NCBI GenBank assembly: GCA_964106645.2
Contig: OZ067043.1
Length of the DNA: 64,000 nucleotides
Source: Podarcis pityusensis
Lineage: Eukaryota
Direction: 5' to 3' (one strand)
Shown: positions 1-13,400 of the stretch, piece by piece
Numbering within the stretch: the first letter of the stretch is position 1
Layout: each line of letters begins with the position of its first letter
Translations under genes and position numbers: made by a program
The notes under the pieces: generated by a model
Told to the model about the DNA's origin: nothing
What the model saw: only the letters and a program-made list of their open reading frames with translations
Databases searched by the model: none

Positions 1-192
1 GAACAATTATTACTTAGGTAAATGACAATTTCTTTTGCTAAAGCTAAATAGCTCAAGAATACTTACCATTAAGCTCATACACATACATTTATGAACACCT
101 AGGTTTCTGAATTAAGAAGCAATTATGATTTGCTAAAATATCAGCACTGTATTTTATTCCAACATAATATTCACACAGGTATGGCATTTGCA

Positions 193-394
193 NNNNNNNN
201 NNNNNNNNNNNNNNNNNNNNNNNNNNNNNNNNNNNNNNNNNNNNNNNNNNNNNNNNNNNNNNNNNNNNNNNNNNNNNNNNNNNNNNNNNNNNNNNNNNNN
301 NNNNNNNNNNNNNNNNNNNNNNNNNNNNNNNNNNNNNNNNNNNNNNNNNNNNNNNNNNNNNNNNNNNNNNNNNNNNNNNNNNNNNNNNNNNNNN
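193..394. other. Assembly gap (N run)
   Basis: Ns. Confidence 1.
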
Positions 395-1091
395 ATCTAA
401 TAGATGCAAAAAAAGCAAACAGTGGATTTTAACAGTATACCAATTTTCAGTATGAATTAGTAAAAGTAAAAAAGTTTTATGGAGATTTTTCAAAATATAA
501 CTTAATGACTAGTCTTCAGCATTTTAAAACAGAGCTCATCTGCAAGACGTTTTTCTGTTAAGCACTCCCAGACTCCAAATGGCATATTTCTAACACAAAC
601 GCAGTTTTAGTAACTAAAAAGCATATAATCCTTACTACACTGAATTCTTAAGCAAAGTGCTGCAAACCGATTGCTTAGCACATATTGCCTTTTAGAACAA
701 TTCAATAACAAGCCTGAAAAAATATACTAAAGAATTAAACCATGTATAAAAACAAATGTTAACTATAGCAGCTATATGGGTCTGAGACAGTGGTCATGGA
801 TAAAAAAGAAAATGCAACTGTTAATGCAGTAGAAGTATGTCAAGGAACATCTTCATGTACATGCAATTTTTAATCAAGTAGAAAGAGGAGGATATCAAGA
901 TGCTAAACAGCAAAATACAGTAATGAAAAAGATCCTTCTATAACTATTCTGCAAAGGGAGAATACCAATGTAAAGCTCAAACTTTCAAGGAAAAAAACCT
1001 TAATTGTGTACATGTACAGCATTACTAAGAAACCCTTGAATTCTCCGAGTACCCACATATCCAACTTACCGACACAGGAGGTTTCATATTA

Positions 1092-1097
1092 TTTATT
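1092..1097 (-). terminator. Candidate FUBP1 polyadenylation signal AATAAA
   Basis: AATAAA about 330 nt downstream of the stop codon. Confidence 0.6.
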
Positions 1098-1423
1098 GTA
1101 AAGCACAAAACAGGCATTTAAAAGTGATCAAGTATACATTGAAAAAGTACATTTATATCACAAAGCATTGACCACATAATAGTTGCAAATACATTTGCTG
1201 GAATGTGTACATCTACACTAATGTACTAAAAACAAACCAATTTCCATTTCTACACAGAAATATTACCTCCTATCAGTAGTGATAGATATTTTGTACATTT
1301 TCAAAAACACTATTTTTAAACCAAACAAAATTATGATCTTCAAGAAGGCGTCTGCATCCATACATTTAACAAAGGTTTTTTTCCCCCACATAATGAAGCA
1401 AATACTGTATTGTCCACTTCTTA

Positions 1424-1432
1424 TTATTGGCC
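1424..1432 (-). CDS. FUBP1: FUBP1 terminal exon coding part (GQ*)
   Basis: tcgcacag|GGC CAA TAA TAA followed by the AT-rich 3'UTR. Confidence 0.9.
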   Translation of the reverse strand, partial: GQ

Positions 1433-4400
1433 CTGTGCGAAGAAATACATAAGAGATACACAAAAAGTTAAAGAAAATCTTTTTTAAATTGTGCTAACTC
1501 AGGAGTGAAGCCTTTAAGAAAGAAAAATTGGTTAATGTAATGGTGGTGGCTTCCTGCATGGCTTCAAAAACCCTGGGAGGAGAAATTTTTTGATCAAAAA
1601 CATCGAATGTATGCAAAGAAAGACACAGAACTCCAGTTAACAGAGCATAAATCAATTTACGGATTATCTTTTACCAGGATAAATAATGCATACTCCAGGT
1701 AAGATATCAAAGTGGGAGACATGCAAAAAAACAAAAAACACCCCACGAGATAAAGGTTAAAAAAAAAAATCACTAAAATATCAGCCAAATAAGTTAAGAT
1801 TGTTATACCTGTGGTGCTGGAGGATGTTGTGGCATTCCTTGTGGACTTGTCTGGGCATAATAGGCTGCCTGCTGTCTATAGTATTCAGCCCACGCTGCAC
1901 TATAATCTGGCTGACCCGCTGGTGGGGCTCCGGCTGGAGCTGGAACTGCCTGACCTAGAACAAACATACATTACACAACTCTGGTGCCATAAAAGGGACA
2001 AAAGAAGCTCAAAAGAATCTCGTTTCTAACAAACATTACCTTGCTTCTTGTAATATTCCTCCCAAGCCTTTGAATAATCTTGTGGCTGCCCTTGTTGACC
2101 TGCAAAACCCCCCACATTTTAATGTAAACACAGCTCCCAGGTACACCAAAATTACAGACAAGAATACAGTGGAAGAGTTCTTTGCTGTTTTATTTGAAGT
2201 TTAGTGCAAACAAAGAGAGATAATATTAAATCTCTAATTTGTATATTTTCTTCTACACATTGTTCCACAGTTTAAAATTAAGATTTAAGCACTGTATGCC
2301 TACATTTGAGCTCAGCATTTGTAGAATGGCTCATAGCTCCACCCCTCAAAAGTTTACGGCAGAAGTGTGTGTGGGGAAATCTATAGCTGAGGTGCCCCAC
2401 TCCATATTAAGTATATTGTTACATACATAAACTATCCCACCCGATCCATGTTATTGCCCCCTCTGTGAGAATTGTATTGCTGGGGGGCAGGGGGATGTAC
2501 AGCACGTATACACAATATTCTACAAAGTGGGCACACAGGAGTCACTGCCGTGTTCCTACAAGGTGAACCAGCCCTGAAGTGTATCAAACTGAGAAAGTTT
2601 GAACATTACTTCTCCCAACACTGCTTCAAAAATTAAGAATGCATTTCCTGTCAAATCACGTTTAACACACATTTAACGACATTAGATTTTTCAATTGCTG
2701 CCTATGCAGAACATAGAGGAGTCAGGCTGGTCAATTCCTAGTGACCACATGGGTTCCTTTAAATTAGCTCACTGATTGTGTATGTTTTAATTAATTAATA
2801 AAAAATAGACTTTCAAAGCATATTACATATTTATACTGAATGAAGCAAGATCATTAGTCTTAAAGTTGCAAGTGTCAGCAATTTTGAAACAGGAAAGGGT
2901 CACAATAAAAACTAAAAGAAATCAAGCCTGTCCTTGATGTTTTCCCCATGCCTTCTAAGTGAGTTGGCATGTAATGGTGGGAGAAGGAACTCAAGGGATT
3001 TAGAAGCACCACATCCTGTCATTCCTCCAAAGAATTATCAGATATATGGAGTTAAACTTTTAGCATCACAAGGAATCCTATGAAGTTGCTTAACCTATGA
3101 GATAGAGGTCATCTACTGAGCTTCATATATAGTATCATGAGCCCCCAATTTCAGGTAATAACATACATATTAAATTACAAGTTCTGTAACTGGCTCATAT
3201 ATTACTTTGGAATCAGACAATTCCAACTATAAGGACATCCATACTGATAAAAATGGCTGAAGACAAAGTACTGCTATACTGATGTGACTTTTCCGCAAGT
3301 TGTAATTTATCAGACCAAAAAGTGGCCTCCAAGTGTCTACTGTTAATTCTATTTCTGAAATAATCAAGGTGGCTCAGACAGGATAATGTACAGGAATCTT
3401 TTAAGTACTTAACACCTTAGGAAAATGGCAGAATAGAAATATTGAAGTAATGTTTAACATTAATGTGATATTTAAAGTATAGCATCTTGTTTCAATTTAT
3501 TGATGCATGCTTTAATATCTTACTATAAACAAGATATTAACTTGATCCATGAAAGGATTAATTCTACATAATTTTTAAATACATCACTGTATAGTCAAAG
3601 GGAGTTGAGGGGACACGTGAACAAGAAATGCACGCAAAAAACTAGTGCCAAGTTGTAGTAAAACTTTTGCCAAAATGGAAATTGTTATACCAACAGAACA
3701 ACTTGCTTGGATACTGCTCTTAGTGCACAGTAGCAAATGTATTATTTTTTATTTTCTGACATTTAACTTAAGGTGATATACATGGTTCCCAGATAGTTGC
3801 CCATATAAACACCATAGCTGCTTAGCTTCAGCAAGATGCTGACATTATTGGACGCATAGTATATATACACTGGGACTTAAAAGTCTTTGAATCTGAAGCT
3901 ATGCAACATTCAGGAGTGGAGGGCATAGATATTTCCTGCAGTGATGCTAGTAAGTTACTTTTACAAATATGTCACAGTCATAAAATAATAGCCTTGGATA
4001 TGACTACCAGAATCTTTGAATGGATCCAAAGACCCCACTGCATCATGTAAAGCATTTCTGCTTGTTCACAGGAGTCTATTATTGACTCAACCACCCTCTG
4101 TTCTCAAGAGCCATTCTAGAGAGGTTATAGGGGTGAAATACTTCTTTCAATATGCCCCTCCACCTGAGGGAAGCACTTTCTACTCAAACAGTTGGGTCTC
4201 TGGATCCAAACTTCTATTTTGCTCTAACAAGGTTTGAATCAATTTGTAGCAGAGTAAGCAGTAGAAAACCACAAACAAGGGTGTTACTGTGAATTAATTC
4301 ATACTAGAACTACTGGTAAAGTTGTAAATATTGAGAAAGCAGTACTAGGGTCTTAGCAGTTTCTTAAGAGAATCATCATATGGAATTGCTGTAGAAGAAG

Positions 4401-7400
4401 AAGAAGAAGAGTTTGGATTTGATATCCCGCCTTTCACTCCCTTTAAGGAGTCTCAAAGCGGCTAACATTCTCCTTTCCCTTCCTCCCCCACAACAAACAC
4501 TCTGTGAGGTGAGTGGGGCTGAGAGACTTCAAAGAAGTGTGACTAGCCCAAGGTCACCCAGCAGCTGCATGTGGCGGAGCGGAGACGCGAACCCGGTTCC
4601 CCAGATTAGGAGACTACTGCTCTTAACCACTACACCACACTGGCTCTCAATTTTGTATTGTATTTGAACTAGTCTGTACATCACATATGCCAGGCTGATT
4701 AAAAACATTTGGAAGAACTCTAAACTCAAGAAAATGCCTACCTTTATCTGCTAACAAGGCTATTATGCCCTCAAGAGCTAATTTGGCATTCCTTGAAATC
4801 CAACTGAAAAAACTAGTCCTGCATATACTCTATTTTAAAATCTCTGCTCCACAACTCAGATTCAGTCATGCTTTTAATGAAAAACATGGCAATACCAAGA
4901 GAAGGGCAGAATAGTCGTGACAATAACTATTCTCTTCCCCCGCTCTGCCACACACACAATCAAATGAATCCAGGAGTAATGATTAACATAATTTTAATTT
5001 ACGGGCACACCCAAGCAAAAATACCAGAATGAGGCTGGTCTACGTTAAGAGATTTAGCATCCTGTCAGACCTACATATATTTCCCTGATTAAGAATACCT
5101 GGCTAACCTTATGTCTGAAATATATGGGATTAATTGTAAATTTCTGAATTATGCTCATTAAAAACAACAACCAGGATGTGATAATTCTATAAGAATGGTC
5201 AATGTCCCTTGAAATTCCAAAAGGGCTCAAGTCTCTCTCAATCACATTTTTGTTGTTCCTGCCGCAACCTAACTCACATGGTACAGCTTCACCTTTCCTC
5301 TCTGCTCTTTGCAGGCGCAGTGACACTGAATTCTGGTGTGTCCCTACCTTAGAGGAGAAAGAACTACATGGGTCTTGTCATGACACACATCTGGCATGAA
5401 TGGAAATGACAGAACTGTGAGATGGTGTCTATTAAGTGTGGCAGACTTTTCCATTTAGCTAGCTAGAGATATGCTCGTTACTGGCAGCATACATCATCTG
5501 ATATGATGATGGTCATTAAGTGTAATGGCTGTTGTTATCAAGCACTGATAACTCCACAAGGTAGGGAGAAAGATGGCGAGATGTTTTAGGTTACAAAATC
5601 TCAGTTACTCTGCACTTCATGCGAAATAGCTATCCTTGCAATTCCCTGAGAACCCACTTTTCTTGATACATAATGAAGAGGTATTCATAAGACTCCCAAT
5701 TCTTAATTTCAGGAGCAACCGAGTAAATTGTCTTGCTACTTAAAAAAAGCATACGAAACAGCAAAGCTTTTTAGAGAAATAAATAATAAAAGCCTTCTTT
5801 TTACATCAATAAAAATGTAAAACATACCCATTTTTTTATAGTACTCTTCCCATGCCTTGGTGTAATCTACCTGCCCTGCTGGTGCTGGATTTGGCTGATC
5901 TCCTACATGAAAAGAAAGTTGAAAGAAAAAGTTTTTTGTGTGAACATGGATAGAAATACTGGCAGAGATAGTTGTGCATTTAAATTTACACACATTATGC
6001 GAAGTCAACAGCTGACAAAGAGACCAAAAAACCCACAAGGTCAACTGGAAGGTATCTCACAGCACAATGAGCAAAATTACACTATGGGTGAGTGTCAGTC
6101 ACTTATTTAGGAACTGCAGAGGATACCAACACTGAAATGTAGAAGCATACAGCTGATGCAAAATACAACATACACATTTTCCAAGTAGTTTAAAGCAATG
6201 ATTCTGAAACTGGTATTTTTTACAGTCAAAGACTCAAGGCATAGGACATACATGATGACTGTTGGTGGGCACCCCACATCCATCAATGTCCTTTCTTCAA
6301 AAAGTCAGTAACAAAAAACCCCTTCCACTGATTATTATTTGTACCCCGCCCATCTGGCTGGGTTTCCCCAGCCACTCCTTTGCTCTACCGAGGCTCCCTC
6401 AGATTCCAATTTGACAAAGTCTGGTCTATATACCATGATGGCCACATGTGTTTGAAAATGTGTATGCATTGCAGTTTTTTTTTTGCAAGAGTTGTTTGAT
6501 AGTTGGCTGTAGTACCAGATAAAAGCACTACAGTGGAATATATTATGTATATCAAAAGGCTAGTATTTTGATCTATTAACGGTACCAACAAGCACACCAG
6601 TGATGAAATCTAGACAAAATTTGGGCACCCTACAGTTGTCATGCACCAAGTTGTTCAGGCCAAATTTCTACCCAAATGCAGATTAGTATATGGTATCTGG
6701 AGCACTGGCTTCTTTTCTATTTGGCACTTCCAAGCAGGAGCTGAGTATGTATGGCTGTGTGTGACACTAGCCTTATCCTATCTCTGTATAGAAGGAACGG
6801 TGGAAGAAACAGGTGTGTGATTCACACAATGCCACATCAATGCTCTGGCACTATAGGAATAAGCCATGAACAGTTTCAGGCTCACGTTCTTCTTCTTGCT
6901 GCTTATCCAGAGATCTAGGAATTTCAATCCAGGACTTGCCAACACATGATTTGCATTTGCCAAGCTTAATGCAGCTGTCTGAATAATATGACAAACTATA
7001 GTTTACTGCCAAATCAGGACTAGAATCCTGAACTGCAATGGTGAATAGGTGACAGCATGTCAGCCTCTGACATAATGTTCGCCACACTATCATAGTGAAA
7101 AGAATGAGAAAAAAAGGATAAGAGATCAAGCGCAAAGGAAACTGGATGGAGAAGGGTAGAAAGAAAGGTGACGGATAGAGCAGCAATCCAGTGGTAGCCA
7201 AGACCTTGACAATGCCCTGGGCACTTTTGCTGAAGTAAGATTAAGATGATAGGGCCAGAAAAAGGAAAAACTCGAGGTAGATATGGCCACTGACTTGGAA
7301 AACAAAGAGGATTGGACATGATCCAGCAGGCACTTCCTAGGTTATGCTGATTCCCCTTGCAGAAGCTGGTAATCTCTAGTCTCAATGCACCAGCATGCCA

Positions 7401-10400
7401 CATAGTGCTCAACACAATTTTCAATTCTAGTCTTAGAAAACCAGCATTCATTTTTGCAACAGATCATTTTTGTTATACCATCAGAATTTCAGGTGGAATT
7501 TGTGAGGCAAGACTGTGTGTCTCAGATTATATGAGACTATCTGGTCAAAACAATGCCCTGGATTCGAAGTTTGAATGAACTCAAGGAAGTTCATGAAATG
7601 AAATTTTGCCCTCCCACCGACTTGTGCCTCCCTGAAAAGCCTCTTCTGCGGACTGGAGATTCTTTAATGGACAATGTGGGATGGGATAATCACTCCAAAT
7701 TGAGCAGACCTTTCCCCCACATTATTCAGGAGAGGTCCCTGAAGAGCTTTTTCGAAGAGTCAAACCTTCCTTCAGTGAACTTCCTTAAAGTTCTTAGGAT
7801 CCAAGCCTCCAAATACAATGATCTTACAAAACTGATTGGGTACCTTGTCCATTGGTCTGAGTGGCTGGTGGTGCACTAGGCGGAGCTGCAGGTGGTGGCT
7901 GTGCTTGCTGCTGATAGTAGTGAGCATAATAAGCTGCCCATGCTGCTGAATTAGGGTCTGTTGGCTTACCTAGGAAATTAAACATTACTTTAAGTTCAAC
8001 ATATCTTTGGTAGGCTTCCTTTATTTTCCACAGGCTATAGTTTAGTCACATAGTTCCTGTCTAATTGGCCGTATACAAACCATATTTTGGTTCAAGGCTG
8101 CAATCCTAAATACACATATCTTTTAACATTATGGCATGTACAGGATTTTGCTTTAAGTCAAAGTAGCCCAGGTCAATTTCCTAAACTTTCAACAATATTT
8201 AGTCACGTGACTCAAATTGCAATCCTATGCAAACATCCTTGGGAGTGAATGTCAATAAATCAGTAGGATTTGTTTCAGAGTCAACATATTTAGGAATTTT
8301 AAAAATAATGTACCATGTTATCTTTCGTTTTAAACATGGAACTCAATGCAATCGAACACCATCTTGGCTGGACACGAGAATACATGTAGTTTCTTAAACT
8401 GTTTCTCCTTACCAGGATCTGGAGGATTCGGTGGCTGCCAGTGTGGATAAGCATTACCCCATCCTTGCGGAGCATATGGTGCTGGAGGGCCACTAAGGAG
8501 GAAGCGTATGTGCAATCATTATTAAATAGAAATGGAAAGCAACAAAACACAGCAGCTGCAGCTATTTCAGACTTCTAAACAAGTCATGTGCTTGCCACTG
8601 GTGCTTGGAGGGGCAGAACCCCCAATTTACAGCACTTTCCCCACCCAGTGCTGGAACACCCTATTTCTGGGGAATCTAATTAGCTATTTGCAGCTGCAAC
8701 TACTGTAGCAAATGCATTAAAAGCAATCCTGGAAATGGGTTGAAACCAAAGGATTATGCAATAATGTTTTTGGTTACTTGGTGAATAAAAATGTTAATTT
8801 ACTAGCACTTAGAAAATGTGTTATTAGGCAGCAAAAACAAGTTCTGGCCTGAGTTCTACTGATGCAGCCCGGTGTTCAGGGGTGGGGAGAGTGAAGGTGG
8901 AGAAGGGGTCTGCTCAGTTTTGTGGTTAAGTAGTTATCAAAACAAAACCCATCCCAGTAGCAAAAGGGTTTGTGATTTCTACATGATACCTTTGCCAATT
9001 TATTTATAAGAGTAAGTTACTTACTGAGGTGCAGGACCAGGAGGGCCAGGTGTATAGGGAGCTGGATTGTAAGGTCCCATTGGAGCCCCAGGAGGCGGCC
9101 CAGGGGGCCCATGTGGCCCAGGGACAACACCATGAGGTCCATGTGGCACAGGTGGCCCCAAAGGATTTACTGGACCCTGAAAGCAAAGATAAATGACGTG
9201 GATGAAGTTGCTATCAACCAACTGTAAGAACAAGCTTGTTCCAATATCCAACTAATGCTCCTCTTCTCTAAATATTTCCTTCAGGGAAGGAATTCCAGCT
9301 CTCCATCCCTCCAGAAATCCTTTGCCCTAAAAAGATTCTGCAGCCACACTAATTTTTACAGAACTCACATTATTTGGTTCTCATGTAGCTTCTTGCAGTA
9401 ATCAGTGGACTAAGAAGACATTCAAACTTAGAAGTACTAGCTCCTTGACTGCTAACAGCTCACGGGGTAAACAGCAATTGTACTAGGGCAAACAGCTTGA
9501 CATATTCGCTACTCAAATAGTTCTATGACGTGTGAGAAAATGCATCAAGAATGCAAGGTATATTTTGTGTATTTCCCCCCAAAGCTACCAATTACTACTA
9601 GAATCATGAGGCAACTTGAGCTGGTTTCCTCTTACTTTACATAACAATTAAAGAAATATGGTTTTCCAGAATACTTACTCCAATCTTTTCTTCTATGAGC
9701 TGCCGAGCATAGTCAATCTGCTGTGGTGTCCCCCGGATGGTAAATAATTTCATATTTGGATCTGCATTTGGTGGTGGGTTTCTTTGCAGTTCTATTCTAG
9801 CACCAGATTGCTGGCTAATGCTCTTGATAGTTTCACCACCTGAAATTTTAAGTACAAATTATTGCACTGAATTTGTTGCTAGTTCCTAAAGAAACAGAGT
9901 AGGGAAATTTTAAACAAGTCTCTGCTCCCCTGCCTGAAGAAATATTATCAGTCTAAAACAGAGCAAGACATCTTCAACAGATTCACTTAAGGCTATATTT
10001 GAATTTGTGGTGGGAAACCTTTTTGTTCCATTGTTTTACTGGCCCTATTCAGGAGGAGGAGGAGTAACACATTCTTTAGCTCCTCAAGGAAAAGTGACAC
10101 TTCCACCACCTTAGTCCCAGTGCCTAATCGATGACAGTAAGATGTTGTCACACATTACTCAACACTGAATACAGCTACCCCATTTAGAAAATCTCAGTTT
10201 AAATGTAACAGAAGATAGAAAAGCGATCTGCCAAATAAATCGAGTTTATTACCTTTCCCAATAATTAATCCAGTTTTTCCAGTCGGAACAATGAAATTAA
10301 ATTCTTGCAATCCACCAGGTGGTCCCATATTCCAATTGCCCTGACCTCTACCTCGCCCACGACCACCAGGTCCTGGACCACCAGGATTGCCAGCCTAGAT

Positions 10401-13400
10401 TGAGATGAATAAAACAAAACAAAATCAGAAATAATTCAAAATTACTGCAACCTAAAATGACTAGCAATTTTCCCTCTGTCAAAATTACAAAAATACGATG
10501 CATATTGTATATATGCCAATGTCTTAAAAAAGAGGAACAATATTTTTGCAGACATTGGAGAATCTATTTTGCCTTTTTCTGATCCTTCCGATGCATCAAA
10601 GTCAGCTGAATGAAAAGCATTTGGGCCAAGGAACCATGAGGATCGGTAAGGAAGGGATAGGGGTTTAGCTAAAATATGGCATACATTTTATGTGCACCTG
10701 GGGCAGAGATGTGAAACAAAAAGCATAGCTACCACTAGCAAATGTCTGCCCAGGGTATACTGTTTCAAACTGACATGACATGAGTATTGCTCTATATAGT
10801 GAGGTAGGAGAGCTGAAAGTAATGCTGATATATTTCACAACTGGCAACCAAAGGAGTGCTTTTACCCCCTGTCAGGGAACTGACATCGGAGCCAGAGGCG
10901 GAGGCAAGGCTCCCAAGTGATGCTGGAGAAGGGCCCAGCAGGGAGAGAGGCAGCTCATCAGCTGGGGAAGGAAATCAGCGTAACACCAGTGATAAAGGGG
11001 GGCAGATGGGGGAATCGGCGAGGGGGCTCCAGGACTCCTCGACGGAGACCAGCAGGGAGAGCACGGGTCCTCCGCTACCCACATCCTCCCTGCGCAGAAG
11101 ACTTCCGCGCAGGGAGAGTAGGAGGAGACTTGGCGTCAAACAGCTTTTATGCTGGAAAAGGTTTAAGAAACCCCCACTGACGGATTCTGCTAGCGACTGA
11201 GGCAGCCACGAAGTGAAGGGCTGTCCAGACAGAAAAGGTTTAACCAGGCAACCTAACCAGGAGTGGCGGCAACTTACGCACAAGCAACCCCTATAATTAT
11301 TACACCCCCATACCAAATAAATGGCATGGAATAGGGTCCACACTTAGCCCTTCTTTGACATGCTATTTTTCTATATACAGAATTTTTTTTTTTGTATGAG
11401 CCTCTACCTGCAATCTGAAGTAACTCAGTGCAGACATAGCTTTAGGGATACAAGAGGCACCCTGATGGACTAGACCAATGGCCCATCTGGCCCATCAACC
11501 AGATGCCTATGGGAAGATAGCAAGCAGGATGAGCACAACCACTTAGTGAAAACCATGTCTTTGACAAACAACCTTACCTATCAATGTTGTCTGTATTTCC
11601 CCAGAATGACAGCTTTCAGTCAACAATCTTTCTATGTACACTGCTAATCAGCAACACCATGCTTGGCAAACAAAGTGTTGGCTAACCCACACTGAGGTGA
11701 GGCTCAGCATTTATCTATCCCACTGAAAACCATCATTTGCCACAAAGCTTAGAAGGACAAAGTTCCATTAATCCTAGAATCAAAGTGTCTCATGCCAGCA
11801 GTTTTACATATGAAAGCACACCCCAAAAACTGATGAGAACTTATTTCATACCATTAAATTATTTTGCAAAATATTTTTTCCTGAATTGCAGATTTCTGTA
11901 GCCTTGCAGTGAACAAGAATCACAAACAGGGACTGACAATTTGCAGAGTTGATGTCTTCTTTTAACCCAGAATGACCATCATAGGTAGGCTGGTGGATAT
12001 TTTTGGTTTCAAGGCTAGAAATTTGTTAACACAGCTATTTAAAGTAACTATCACATACTAAAGCTCCCATTAGCCCACTTCCTTTGAAGTTGAGAAATGT
12101 ATTCAAATACATTTTAAAAGAAACCCAGTAATATTTTATAAACCACTTGATTTCATAAACATTCCTAGCAGCTATGAACCAACCTGAACACTTCGAAGAA
12201 GATCCGTAATTATTTCTGCTGCATGTTGGCATCTGTCTGGAGGTCCTGTGATTTGGGCTATTCTGTCTGGAGTTGTTCCATCATCTGGAAGAGGAATGGA
12301 ATATTAAAACAAATTTACTTTAAAAATTAGGAGAAAACCTCTGAATTTTATGTCATGTACATATAGGCATTTCACCTGGTTTGAACTGTATCCTCACACC
12401 AGCATCATTCTGTATCTTTTTAATCATTTCTCCATTTCTTCCAATTACAATACCAACTGCAAATCTTGGAATTGGTACCTGAAGAAACAGAACAAATTTT
12501 CAGCAAATGTTTCAAAGCAATCAAAAGTATTTATCTAGGTTTAGGTCACTACTTTTGACACATCTCAAACATACAAGCAACCCACAATAAAGCTGCCGTG
12601 AAGAGGATTAAGTTAACGAAAGGTCAGAGAACAGTAGGAAAATTAATAGCTGTACACCAGGCTTCCTCAACCTCGGCCCTCCAAATGTTTTTGACCTACA
12701 ACTCCCATCAGCAGGACTAGTGGTAAGGGATGATGGGAACTGTAGTCTCAAAACATCTGGAGGGCCAAGGTTGAGGAAGCCTGCTGTAAACCTTTCCAAG
12801 CTATTTTTCTAACAAAATATTTAATACAACCCGTAAGTATCATAACCATTATGTTTTAGAGAAAGAGTTCAATAATTGCCAAGAAGTTTATCACTAAGTT
12901 TATAAGGGCCAAAAAACGAAATAAAAATCTTTTATTATTCTTTTTATTTATATCCTGTCCTTTCTCCTGGAAGAATCAAGGCTGCTTACAGCTAAAACAG
13001 AAACAGCTAAAAACATAGGGGGGAAAGCAATCACTACAAAACAACAATACATTAATAGTATATACAAGAATACCATTACATACTTTCCTGCCCTTTATTC
13101 TAATTTCAAGAAAAAGAAGTGCTCTGAAAAAACCACATTTCATAAAATGTTCTCATTATACTCACATCTAATCCTTCATTTCCTCCTATTCTTGAGCCAT
13201 ATTCATTGCGCACCTCTCTAAAACCACCTTGATCACGAATTAGGTCCAAAACCATTTCCTTGGCTTGCTAAAAAGAATGAGGTACAATTCAGATGCAACA
13301 ATCTTAAAATTAATTCATATAAAGGAACATTATTTTTAAAAATTAAAATATCATCTTACTTGAACTTTATAAGGATCTCCTGTGATTCTAAGAGGTTTGT

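Noticed and set aside
89-493. ORFs containing X runs (also 23134-23544)
   Set aside because: Artefacts of the N gaps.
4560-4648. tRNA-like A and B boxes
   Set aside because: Head of a SINE, not a tRNA gene; no cloverleaf, and it continues into SINE body and tail.
5490-5520. C/D-box-like ATGATGA and CTGA motifs
   Set aside because: No correctly ordered C and D boxes with a terminal stem on the host-gene strand.
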